A stretch of DNA of 64,000 bases, taken from contig OZ024740.1 of NCBI GenBank assembly GCA_964016885.1, positions 102,672,001 to 102,736,000 on the forward strand, in the 5' to 3' direction. The stretch comes from Eledone cirrhosa. Lineage: Eukaryota. This document shows positions 31,152 to 43,090 of the stretch, one piece after another; position 1 is the first letter of the stretch; every line of letters starts with the position of its first letter. The notes below the pieces were generated by a model, which had not been told where the DNA came from, made no database searches, and saw only the letters and a program-made list of their open reading frames with translations. A program made the translations under genes and the position numbers.

Positions 31152-33845
31152 CTAGCGGAGCTACCCGGCTTCGCTCAGTGTTAAAAAGCTTATTTAGAAA
31201 AGAATAATATTAACATTTTAATCGTTATTTAAAAACTTCTGTAATTTAGTTTCTATTTTTTAGATTTTAACATTTATCTTTAAATGACTGAATGACTGAC
31301 GAATTTAAAGAAAATTCGTTATAAGAACATTTAATTTGTTTTACTGAAGTGCTTTTGGATACACAATGTTTTTTTGTTTTTCCTTCTGGTGCGTACACGA
31401 ATAAATCAGAAGGTTTACCGACGCGTGAGCAAGCCACATACAGCTGTCCATGTGAGAAGCATGGATTTTCTAAATTTAGTCCACACACTTGTAGACGATT
31501 GTCCCTTGTGCTTTGTTGATAGTCATTGCAAAGGGCGAGTCGCACCGGAAACTGCAAACGTTTGAAATCGAAATGGCGTATCTGTTGGAATGATTGGGAT
31601 GCGTGGCAATAGTACATCTTCTACTTTAAATTTTCCATTTAAAATTGTAGCCTCGATGATATTGTTCATCGTCTTTTTCACTGAAAGTCTGGTACCGTTG
31701 CAAAGTTGTGGTGGATTGATGTTTCGGAGAAGGATGATAGGCACGCCAATTTTTCAATGTTAAAATGTGCGGTGGCATGCCTGGCAAATCAAGTGAATTC
31801 AAGAATTCAATTGGATAATTGATAATTTCGTCTTGATTCATTACAGTATCGATGGACTTATACGTTGTCGCTTCGCCTGGTATTTCGTTTTGAATGCTGA
31901 AATTAATGGCATTGACATCGGTGTTTTTGGCTGCTAATATAGCACGTACACCGAGCCACTGATGATTTTTTGCGCAATATTTGGGAACACTTTGTGAATC
32001 AGTTCGTCTCTGGTTGCCGTGATTCTACAGAAGTTTGTTGGCAATGTGATACATTTTGTGGAATCATCGATTACCATTTTCCCATTCCCAATATCCAGCA
32101 ATTGTTTTGTGAAACGTTCAGCGGATGCGTCATTTTGTAGTTGTACACGCATATTGTTTTTTAAAGTTAATTTCTGTACGTGTCGCCATAAAACTGATGA
32201 TTTGAGACATGCATTAAGCTCATCAGCGGGTGTTGATCGCGGTATAACTGGTAGAGTTTGTCGAAAATCACCAGACAATAAAATGAGTGTGCCACCGAAG
32301 AGCTGTTCATTTCCTTTCAAATCTTTTAGCGTATTATTAAGCGCTTCCAATGATTTTTTGTGCGCCATAGTACATTCGTCCCATATAATGATTTTACATG
32401 ATTGGAGTACTTTACCTATACCAGAATTTTTGGTAATATTGCATGTTGATGTCTCAGCGATTTGCATATTCAATGGCAATTTCAGGGCTGAATGTGCTGT
32501 TCGGCCACCATCTAAAAGAGTTGCCGCAATTCCAGATGATGCGATTGCCAGTGCAATATTATTTTCTGATCGTATAGTTGCCAAAATAATTGAAATGAGA
32601 AAAGTTTTGCCTGTACCACCGGGCGCATCTATAAAATACAATCCGCCGCTTTGACTTATAATTGCCTGCATAATTTGGTCATATACTATGCGTTGTTCTG
32701 GTAGCAATTTGGGAAGATTCGTTTGAACAAATGTACCCAATTCGGCGACATCAAAGTTTGTTTCTCGTTGCAAATCACGATCGAAAATGTCGTTTACAGA
32801 TCGATTCGGCGCAGGCATTCCCAATTGTACCAATGTTTTTTTAGCGATTTTTAAACATATGACCTCAATGGAAACCAATGCTTCATTATACACATTTTGT
32901 GTGAATTGAATATTCATATTTTGATTTGTTGCACGCAAACGATGTAGGATGTCTTCACTCATGTAGTCTTTATATTTTTCCCAAAGATCTTTTGGATTTG
33001 ATGGGAAGCACGTTGTCAATATTATTGAGAATAATGTGCGTATTTGCTTTGGTCGAGCAGTATTCGATGCATCAGCGAGTGAAGTGTCCCAATGTCCATC
33101 ATTTTCAAGAAGATTTAATTCTTGGCAAGCTTCACGATAAGTGGCACATACTTGACCGTTTACTGTTCTCAATTCTTGGAATGATGTCGGTCCACGTATG
33201 TGTCCAGGTCAGGAAAATAAGGACAGACGAAATGAAGATATCAAATTACAGCACTTAGTTAAGGGCTAGCTGAAAAAGAATTCCCTGTAATGGGAGTGGA
33301 AGGGAAGTAATGTGAAACAGACACTATACTAATTCTATTGAAATTATATTAAATTAAAGAGAGAATTTACTAATTCTATTGAAATTATATTAAATTAAAG
33401 AGAGAATACTAATTCTATTGAAATTATCTTTAATTAAAAAAATTTCACACTCGCTCTTTCACTCACTCTTTGTCTATACGTTGATTTCTCTTTCTCCGTT
33501 TATAGCACTCTCTCTTTGTCTATACGTTGCTCTTTCACTCTCTCTTTGTCTATACGTTGATTTCTCTTTCTCCGTTTATAACTTTAGAGACATTCTAATA
33601 TAGGGAGTGGTTCAAAGCAGCCAGACTACTCGCTCTTTCACTCGTTGCTCTTTCACTCTCTCTTTGTCTATACGTTGATTTCTCTTTCTCCGCTTATAAC
33701 TTTAGAGACAGTCTAATATAGGGAGTGGTTCAAAGCAGCCAGACTACTCGCTCTTTCACTCTGTTTGAATATACGTTGATTTCTCTTTCTCCGTTTATAT
33801 CTTTGGACAAACAAACAAACATACATTCATTTTTATATATATAGA
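31152..33845 (-). mobile_element. Internally deleted Helitron with intact termini (PIF1-type helicase part, no Rep domain)
   Basis: 5' TCTATATATATAAAAATGAATG, 3' GC-rich subterminal segment plus CTAG, inserted between A and T; ORF 31934-33172 has APGGTGKT, WDECTM, GDFRQTLPV; downstream LCNGTRL and FSHGQLYVACSRV; subterminal tandem repeats at 33327-33800. Confidence 0.95.
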
Positions 33846-33905
33846 TATATATATATATATATATACTATATTAATAAATGGAAACTATATTTATAAAACC
33901 ATATT

Positions 33906-33970
33906 TATTTCATTATATATATTTCAAGGATACCAAGTTACATTATGGTATGTCTTCATCAGACAAAATA
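33906..33970 (-). ncRNA. Type I hammerhead ribozyme, family 2
   Basis: Minus strand TATTTTGT-CTGATGA...GAAA-TATATA-TA-ATGAAATA. Confidence 0.82.
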
Positions 33971-35664
33971 CAATATATAACAGTTTTTATAAATAGACAT
34001 TGACGTACCCCTTTTAAAAATTGACCGTTGTTTTTGGAGGCCATCAGGATAGTGATTTGTTTACTTTAGTAAGTCATAGTGTTAAGAGTAAGTAAAAAGA
34101 TGGAGAGAGAGAGAGAAACGTGGAGAAAAGAAAGGGAAAGATAGATAAAGAAAAAGAAGAAAACAAAAAGAAAAGAGAACAGAGGAAAAATAACGGGGAG
34201 ATATCAAACCATCAGACAGAGAAAAAAAATCCAGAGAGAGACATATAGAGATAGAGAAAGGGGGGAGAGAACGAAAGCCTTAAGTTATGTCATATTAAGT
34301 TGAGTTAACAATTGGGATGAAAAGCATAAATAAAATTAGAAATATTAATATTCATGAATGGAATATAGATATATAATATGAGATATTACACATTGTTTAA
34401 TTATGATTAGATATTTAGTTTAAAATTGAGATCAATATATTAAAAATTGGAATTTAAACATTATAAAATATATATATTGCTAGAGAGATTATCTATCGCA
34501 TATTACATACACATAGGCAAAGGTACATAAATATATATATATATACACATTCACTCAGAAAATACACATTATATCTACTCCCGCACATAATATATATATA
34601 CAAAGCATAAGTGATTTTTTGCCATACATTCCCTGTGTTATTAATTAAAAATTAAAAGTTTTTAGTATATATATATAAATATATAGGATTAACTTTCATG
34701 CATTTATGGCTGTTAAGTTATGCATATCTGCAATCAAAAACTGCATGTGTAAGCCTGTACATTCACATCCATAATTCTTAGCTATACATGAATAGATATG
34801 TGTGTGCATCTTCAATTGGTATTGGTATACACGCGTCACTCATGCATATATACAGACAGACATATAATCATAAAAAAGCATATAACACATGTATATATAT
34901 GTCAACACACACATATAGATACATTAGCCGTATATAGATATAATCAACATATAACATAGTACAATTGAGTATATAAAATACAAAAGGATTATATTTTGGA
35001 AATATAATTATATCAATATAACTTAAAAAGCAAACGAATTCTACAAATATCAAAATACTAAAATATTATAGAATATTTTAAGTTAAAATAATATGTTTAA
35101 TATATTTAGTATAGAAATTAATCTTACGTATATTTTAATCAAGATATTGAAAGGACAAACTTTTGAAAATTATGAGAAGCTATCAGAATAAAAAATAAAT
35201 CTAATAAAAATTATGAGAAGCTATCAGAATAAAAACAAATCTAATAAAAATAAAAATAAAATGAATCTAATAAAAAAACGAATCTAATAAAAAAATAAAT
35301 AAAATGAATCTAATAAAAAAAATAAATCTAATAAAAAATAAAATATTATATCAATATAACTTAAAAAACAAGGATTCTACAGATATCAAAATATTAAAAA
35401 TAAAAATAAAAATAAAAATAAAAATAAAAATAAAAATAAAAAAATAAAGAAATTTTAAAAAATTAAAAAAATTTTTTTTTAATTTTTCTTTATCTATCTC
35501 TCCCTTTCTTTTCTCCACGTTTCTCTCTCTCTCTCCATCTTTTTACTTACTCTTAACACTGACTTACTAAAGTAAACAAATCACTATCCTGATGGCCTCC
35601 AAAAACAACGGTCAATTTTTAAAAGGGGTACGTCAATGTCTATTTATAAAACTGTTATATATTA

Positions 35665-35729
35665 TATTTTGTCTGATGAAGGCATACCATAATGTAACTT
35701 GGTATCCTTGAAATATATATAATGAAATA
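35665..35729 (+). ncRNA. Type I hammerhead ribozyme, family 2
   Basis: TATTTTGT-CTGATGA-AGGCATACCA/TGGTATCCTT-GAAA-TATATA-TA-ATGAAATA. Confidence 0.85.
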
Positions 35730-36181
35730 AATATGGTTTTATAAATATAGTTTCCATTTATTAATATCGTATATCTACTCCAAATATTTGTCGAGTGCTT
35801 TATATCAGTTATAAAAATATTTGCTTGTTGTATCCCAACAATTTAAATAAAACTTTTGCATATATATATATATATATATATACAATATATATATATATAT
35901 ATACAATATATATATATATATATACAATATATATATATATATATACAATATATATATAAACAATATATATATATACAATATATATATATATATATAATAC
36001 AATATATATATATACAATATATATATAACAATATATATATATATATATATATACAATATATATATATATATACAATATATATATATATATACAATATATA
36101 AATATATATATACAATATATATATATATATATATACAATATATATATATATATATATACAATATATATATAATATATATAT

Positions 36182-36232
<51 letters not shown>

Positions 36233-36276
36233 TATATATATACAATATATATATAATTATATATATATATATATAT

Positions 36277-36315
<39 letters not shown>

Positions 36316-36317
36316 AT

Positions 36318-36367
<50 letters not shown>

Positions 36368-36368
36368 T

Positions 36369-36457
<89 letters not shown>

Positions 36458-36509
36458 ATATATATATATATATATGTGAGAGAAACCACAGACCCTCCAT
36501 CTCAACTCA

Positions 36510-36547
36510 CCTTTTGAAAAGCAGAAGAACTGCGAAACCGGTAAAGG
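36510..36547 (+). ncRNA. Degenerate minimal hammerhead (family 7)
   Basis: CCTT-TTGAAAA (CTGAAGA with two changes)-GCAG/CTGC-GAAA-CCGG-TA-AAGG, then AATAAA. Confidence 0.5.
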
Positions 36548-36678
36548 AACCAAATAAATATATATGTATTTTTTTTTAAATAAGACTCCAGTTGCATTTT
36601 CGATTTCATCTCTGTTTCTTTATACTTTCACTCCTGTAGGACACCTCGGTTATTTTTCATTTTGTAAAAAAACCTCAC

Positions 36679-36743
<65 letters not shown>

Positions 36744-36746
36744 ATA

Positions 36747-38932
36747 TCATCATCATCATCATCATCAACGTTTAACGTCCGTGTTCCACGCTTGCATGGG
36801 TTTGGACGGGGGTAGTCCCACTTGAGGCAAGAGTGATTGTCTTGCTCGCATAGGACTGTCTGGCAGGTTTTCTACAGTTGGATGCCCTTCCTAACACCAA
36901 CCACATTTACAGTGTGGGTCTGGGAGGTTTTTACCGTGTTGCCTACACGGCCACATTACAGCGTGGACTGTGTGTTTTTTTGTCGTGACACCTACACGAT
37001 CTCATTTGTTTGGGCCTGGATGGCGCGGCACCAACATAACTTTACATAGAACGGGGTGGCGTGGATGAAGTGGGGGTGGTGGTGGTGGGACGGGGTGTAT
37101 TTTGTTAGAGATGCCTACTGGCTGGAGTAGGTTTTACTATATATATTTAGGTAAGGCGGGTCTTCTCTGTTACTGAGTACCGCCAAAGGTCTCGGTCCAG
37201 TGACATTATCTTGGAGAGGTGTAAGTGTGTGATGTCGGAGTTTATCAGCTCGTCCCAGGTTTTTCTAGGTCTGCCTATTCCGTGACTACCGTCTATCTTT
37301 ATTGCCCTGCACTTTGTTATACAGCTATCGACTTTCATGCGCATCACGTGTCCATACCAATGTAGCCTTCTCTCGAGTAAACAACATCTGATCCCTCTTA
37401 TTTCTAATTTTTTCCTTAGTTCGTTTCTGCTTTGCCGTTCACGTATATTACTGTTACACATCCAGCGGAGCATGCAAGCTTCGTTCCTCTCTAGTCTGCG
37501 TATATCCTCTGCACACAATGCCCAGGTCTCACTGCCATGCAACATTGCTGTTCGTATGCAGGCATCGTACAACCTGCCTTTCATTTTTAGGGAGAACCCT
37601 TTAGCAGCTAATAGTGGTATAAGCTCTCTGAACTTTTTCCAACCAGTTCTGACTCTAGCTACAGTACTTTCAGAGCACCCTCCCCCACTGCTGATTTTAT
37701 CGCCCAGGTAACGGAAGCTGTCCACTATTTCTATAGAACCCTCTGCGCAATTGAAAGAGCTAGTATTTTGTGGGCACTTGCTGCTACTTATTGCACCAGA
37801 ACACCGGCCACATGTAAAATCTATGTTCTTAGTTAGCTTACCTGTGATCCCACTACATCTTTTATGCACCCATACTTTTCATTTAGGACATAAAATGGAG
37901 TTTCTACCTACGCCTTTCCTACACACCGAGCACGACCATTTCCCAGAAGGGACCGCCGCCTTGTTTTCTTTCCTACAAACTAGAACTTTGGTCTTAGCCA
38001 GGTTAATTTTAAGTCCTTTTGACTCTAGGCCGTGCTTCCATGTTTGGAATTTCTTCTCTAGCTCGGCCATTGATTCCGCTATGAGTGTCAGGTCGTCTGC
38101 GTATAGGAGTTCCCATGGGCAGCCTGTCTTGAACTCCTCTGTTATAGCCTGAAGGGCAATAATAAATAGTAGGGGGCTGAGAACAGAGCCCTGATGGACG
38201 CCAACTTTTACGCTAAACTCTTCACTATATTCGTTGTTAATTCTAACCTTGCTGACTGTTTCTTTATACATGGCTTGTATAGCCCTCACAAGCCATTCGT
38301 CAACGCCTAGTTTTCTAAGAGCCCACCAGATAATGGAGCGGGGGACTCTGTCGAAGGCTTTCTCCAAGTCGACAAAAGCTAAGTAGAGGGGTTTACCTTT
38401 AGCTAGGTACTTCTCCTGTAGTTGTTGTACTATGAAAAGAGCGTCTGTGGTACTTTTGCCTGACACAAACCCGAACTGCATTTCATCTAGGTCAATTCTC
38501 TCTCTGATTAGTTGCGCTATTACTTTTTCCGTGACCTTCATGACCTGGTCGATTAATTTAATGCCTCTATAGTTACTCCTATCTAGGGCATCTCCTTTAC
38601 CCTTATAACAGTTAACGATGATGCTGCTATGCCAGTCCTTCGGAACAACCCCATTCTGTACGACTTGGTTAACTATGCGGGTGACCATGGTGTGTCCCAC
38701 CGTGCCAGATGCCTTCAGCATCTCAGCAACTATTTCCGAAGGCCCAGCCGCCTTACCCGTCTTCATATCCTTGATTGCCTTACTTATTATACTCCCCTCG
38801 ACTAACACTGCTGGTCCCTCTATTGGGTCGATATGGGGGAGACTGTCTTTCTCCCATTTATTCTCCTCATTTAGTAGCCTTTCATAGTGACACTTCCAAG
38901 CTACCTTCTTATCAGTGTCGGTGATGGCAAGT
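36747..38932 (-). mobile_element. RTE family B, 5'-truncated
   Basis: RT from ILAITD..; in-frame stop within the finger; 3' UTR and tail. Confidence 0.97.
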
Positions 38933-39091
38933 ATATATGTATATATGTATATATATATATATATATATGAATATATATATGTATATATATATGAATATAT
39001 ATATGTATATATATATATATGAATATATATATGTATATATATATATATGAATATATATATGTATATATATATATGAATATATATATGTATA

Positions 39092-41910
39092 TCATTATCA
39101 TCATCATCATCATCAGGTTTAGCGTCCGTGTTCCACGCTTGCATGGGTTTGGACGGGGGTTTTCCCACTTGAGGCAAGAGTGGTTGTCTTGCTCGCATAG
39201 GACTGTCTGGCGGGTTTTCTACAGTTGGATGCCCTTCCTAACACCAACCACATTTACAGTGTGGGGCTGGGAGGTTTTTACCGTGTTGCCTACACGGCCA
39301 CATTACAGCGTGGACTGTCTGGCGGGTTTTCTACAGCTGGATGCCCTTCCTAACACCAACCACATTTACAGTGTGGGGCTGGGAGGTTTTTACCGTGTTG
39401 CCTACACGGCCACATTTACAGCGTGGACTGTGTGTTTTTTGTCGTGACACCTACATGATCTCATTTGTTTCGGCCTGGATGTTGTGGGACCAACATAACT
39501 TTACATTGAAAGGGGCGGTGTGGAGGGACGGGGGTGTGTTTTGATAGAGGTGCCTACTGACTGTAGTAGGTTTTTACTTTGTATTTAGGTAAGGCGGGTC
39601 TTCTCTATTACTGAGTACCGCCAAAGGTCTCGGTCCAGTGACATTGTCTTGGAGAGGTGTTAGCGTGTGAGGTCGGAATTTATCAGCTCGTCCCATGTTT
39701 TTCTGGGTCTGCCTACTCCGTGGCTACCGTCTATCTTTATTGCCCTGCACTTTGTTATACAGCTGTCGTCTTTCATGCGCATCACGTGACCGTACCAACG
39801 TAGCCTTCTCTCGAGTAAACAACATCTGATCCCTCTTATTTCTAATTTTTTCCTTAGTTCGTTTATGCTTTGCCGTTCACGTATATTACTATTGCACATC
39901 CAGCGGAGCATGCAAGCTTCGTTCCTCTCTAGTCTGCGTATATCCTCTGCACACAATGCCCAGGTCTCACTGCCATGCAGCATTGCTGTTCGTATGCAGG
40001 CATCGTATAACCTGCCTTTCATTTTTAGGGAGAACCCTTTAGCGGCTAATAGTGGTATAAGCTCTCTGAACTTTTTCCATCCAGTTCTGACTCTAGCTAC
40101 TATACTTTCAGAGCACCCTCCCCCACTGCTGATTTTGTCACCCAGATAACGGAAGCTGTCCACTATTTCTATAGAACCCTCTGCGCAGTTGAAGGAGCTA
40201 GTATTTTGTGGGCACTTGCTGCTACTTATTGCACCAGAGCACCGGCCACATGTAAAATCTATGTTCTTAGTTAGCTTACCTGTGATCCCACTACATCTTT
40301 TATGCACCCATACTTTGCATTTGGGACATAAAATGGAGTTTCTACCTACGCCTTTCCTACACACTGAGCATGGCCATTTCCCCGATGGGACCGCCGCCTT
40401 ATTTTCTTTCCTACAAACTAGAACTTTAGTCTTAGCCAGGTTAATTTTAAGGCCTTTTGATTCTAGGCCGTGCTTCCACGTTTGGAATTTCTTCTCTAGT
40501 TCGGTCATTGATTCAGCTATGAGCGTTAGATCATCTGCGTATAGGAGTTCCCATGGGCAGCCGGTCTTGAACTCCTCTGTTATAGCCTGAAGGGCAATAA
40601 TAAATAGTAGGGGGCTAAGTACAGAGCCCTGATGGACACCAACTTTTACGCTAAACTCTTCACTATATTCGTTGTTAATTCTAACCTTACTGACTGTTTC
40701 TTTATACATGGCTTGTATAGCTCTCACAAGCCATTCGTCAACACCTAGTTTTCTAAGAGACCACCAGATAATGGAACGGGGGACTCTGTCGAAGGCTTTC
40801 TCCAAGTCGACAAAAGCTAAGTATAGGGGTTTACTTTTAGCTAGGTACTTCTCCTGTAGTTGTCGTACAATGAAAAGAGCGTCTGTGGTACTTTTGCCTG
40901 ACACAAACCCGAACTGCATTTCATCTAGATCAATTCTCTCTCTGATTAGTTGCGCTATTACTTTTTCCGTGACCTTCATGACCTGGTCGATTAATTTAAT
41001 GCCTCTATAGTTACTCCTATCTAGGGCATCTCCTTTTCCCTTATAGCAGTTAACGATGATGCTGCTACGCCATTCCTTCGGAACAACCCCATTCTGTACG
41101 ACTTGGTTAACTATCCGGGTGACCATGGTGTGTCCCACCGAACCAGATGCCTTCAGCATCTCAGCAACTATTTCCGAAGGCCCAGCCGCCTTACCCGTCT
41201 TCATATCTTTGATTACCTTACTTATTATACTACCTTCAACTGCTGGTCCCTCTATTGGATCGATCTGGGGGAGACTGTCTTTCTCCCATTTGTTCTCCTC
41301 ATTTAGAAGCCTTTCGTAGTGACACTTCCAAGCTACCTTCTTATCAGCGTCGGTGATGGCAAGTATGCCATCATCGTTAAGTACACACTTCTCCCCGACA
41401 ATATCACGGTTTTCCTTGACACATTGCCTGGCAATCCTGAACACCTCACGTTTTTGGTCCTCACGTTGTAGAACATGCTTGAACTTTCTTTCCTCTGCTT
41501 CCCTTCTTGCGAAGTACACTTGTCTCCTAGCTTCCCTCCTGGCCACTTGATAGTCTTCTCTACTTCCCCCATCCCGCCATACTTTCCAAGCCTGCTTTTT
41601 GGCCTTAATTGACTCCTCCACCTTACTGTTCCACCACCATGTTACTCTCCTCCTACCTACAGGCCTGCTCCAGCCACAGACTTCGTCTGCCGCCGTCAGC
41701 AGGTTTGCTCTCAGAAATTCCCACTGTTCCTCTATATTATACGACTCTAATTGCTCTTCCTTACTGTCGAAAGCGTCAAGTAATTTGCTTTGAAATTTAT
41801 TTCTGGCTATGGGGTCCTTTAGCTTCCATATTTTTCTCCTGAGGATAGTCCTCTTTCGCTGTCTAGTACGTCTCGTCCTGACTATGAGGTCGCTAATTAT
41901 CAGTCTATGT
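39092..41910 (-). mobile_element. RTE family B, 5'-truncated, with a ~110-bp tandem duplication in the 3' UTR
   Basis: ORF 39660-41621; 39200-39318 repeated at 39313-39431. Confidence 0.97.
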
Positions 41911-41919
41911 TATATATAT

Positions 41920-42003
<84 letters not shown>

Positions 42004-42067
42004 ATATATATATATATATATATATACAATATATATATATATATATATACAATATATATATATATAT

Positions 42068-42100
<33 letters not shown>

Positions 42101-42105
<5 letters not shown>

Positions 42106-42398
42106 TATATTTAAAATTGTTGGGTTACAACTAGTAAATATTTATAACTGATATAAAAGCACTCGACAAATATTTGGAGTATATTTACAATATTAAATAA
42201 ATGGAAAACTATATTTATAAAACCATATTTATTTCATTATATATATTTCGGGGATATCATATTAACAATATGCTATGCCTTCATCAGACAATTTGTCTGA
42301 TGAAGGCATAGCATATTGTTAATATGATATCCCCGAAATATATATAATGAAATAAATATGGTTTTATAAATATAGTTTTCCATTTATTTAATATTGTA
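42101..42398. mobile_element. Minimal fold-back PLE family 2 element: two back-to-back hammerheads (minus 42230-42291, plus 42292-42354)
   Basis: Palindrome centred at 42292 (TCATCAGACAA T TTGTCTGATGA); left extension ~85 nt. Confidence 0.9.
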
Positions 42399-42412
42399 TA
42401 TATATATATATA

Positions 42413-42856
42413 TATTCATTAGTTAAGAAAAACAAGACCACAAATTTCACAAGGAAGACATTATTAAAAGATTGTCAACATATTTAGTTTGATGTACGGA
42501 ATGTAGAGAATAATAATAATAATATTAATAATAATAATAATAATTTATTATTATTATTAATATTATTATTATTATTATTCTCTACATTCCTTACATCAAA
42601 CTAAATATGTTGACAATCTTTTAATAATGTCTTCCTTGTGAAATTTGTGGTCTTGTTTTGCTTAACTAATGAATATTTCCAGCTCTGCACACCTAACCTC
42701 TGCATGAACCCAGCCACCTAGCTGCTTTCTACTGCATATTGCACATTGAGCACATGCCTTTACGCTTTGGCTTCTAACTAACTCACCATTCTTTCCTCTC
42801 ATATCTCCTCTACTATCTCAATCTCTCTCTTTAAGATTGGTTACTCTTGAACTGTG
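42413..42856. repeat. Second fold-back: ~130-bp arms around an (AAT)n/(TTA)n centre plus a ~180-nt right extension
   Basis: 42413-42543 is inverted relative to 42544-42676. Confidence 0.85.
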
Positions 42857-43036
42857 TATATATATATATATATACAATATATACAATATATATACAATAT
42901 ATATATATATACAATATATATATATATATACAATATATATATATATCTATACAATATATCTATATATCTATAATATATACAATATATATCTATATATATA
43001 TACAATATATATCTATATATATATACAATATATATA

Positions 43037-43080
<44 letters not shown>

Positions 43081-43090
43081 ATATATATAT

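Larger units (their letters stand above)
33868..35860. mobile_element. PLE family 2 element with inverted pLTRs (~290-bp arms) and a right-arm extension
   Basis: 33868-34150 is inverted relative to 35490-35768; ~90-nt extension matches the reverse complement of 17001-17090. Confidence 0.85.

Noticed and set aside
42837-43090. N-terminus of the 1017-aa ORF
   Set aside because: Microsatellite read-through; the RTE is 5'-truncated at ~43091.
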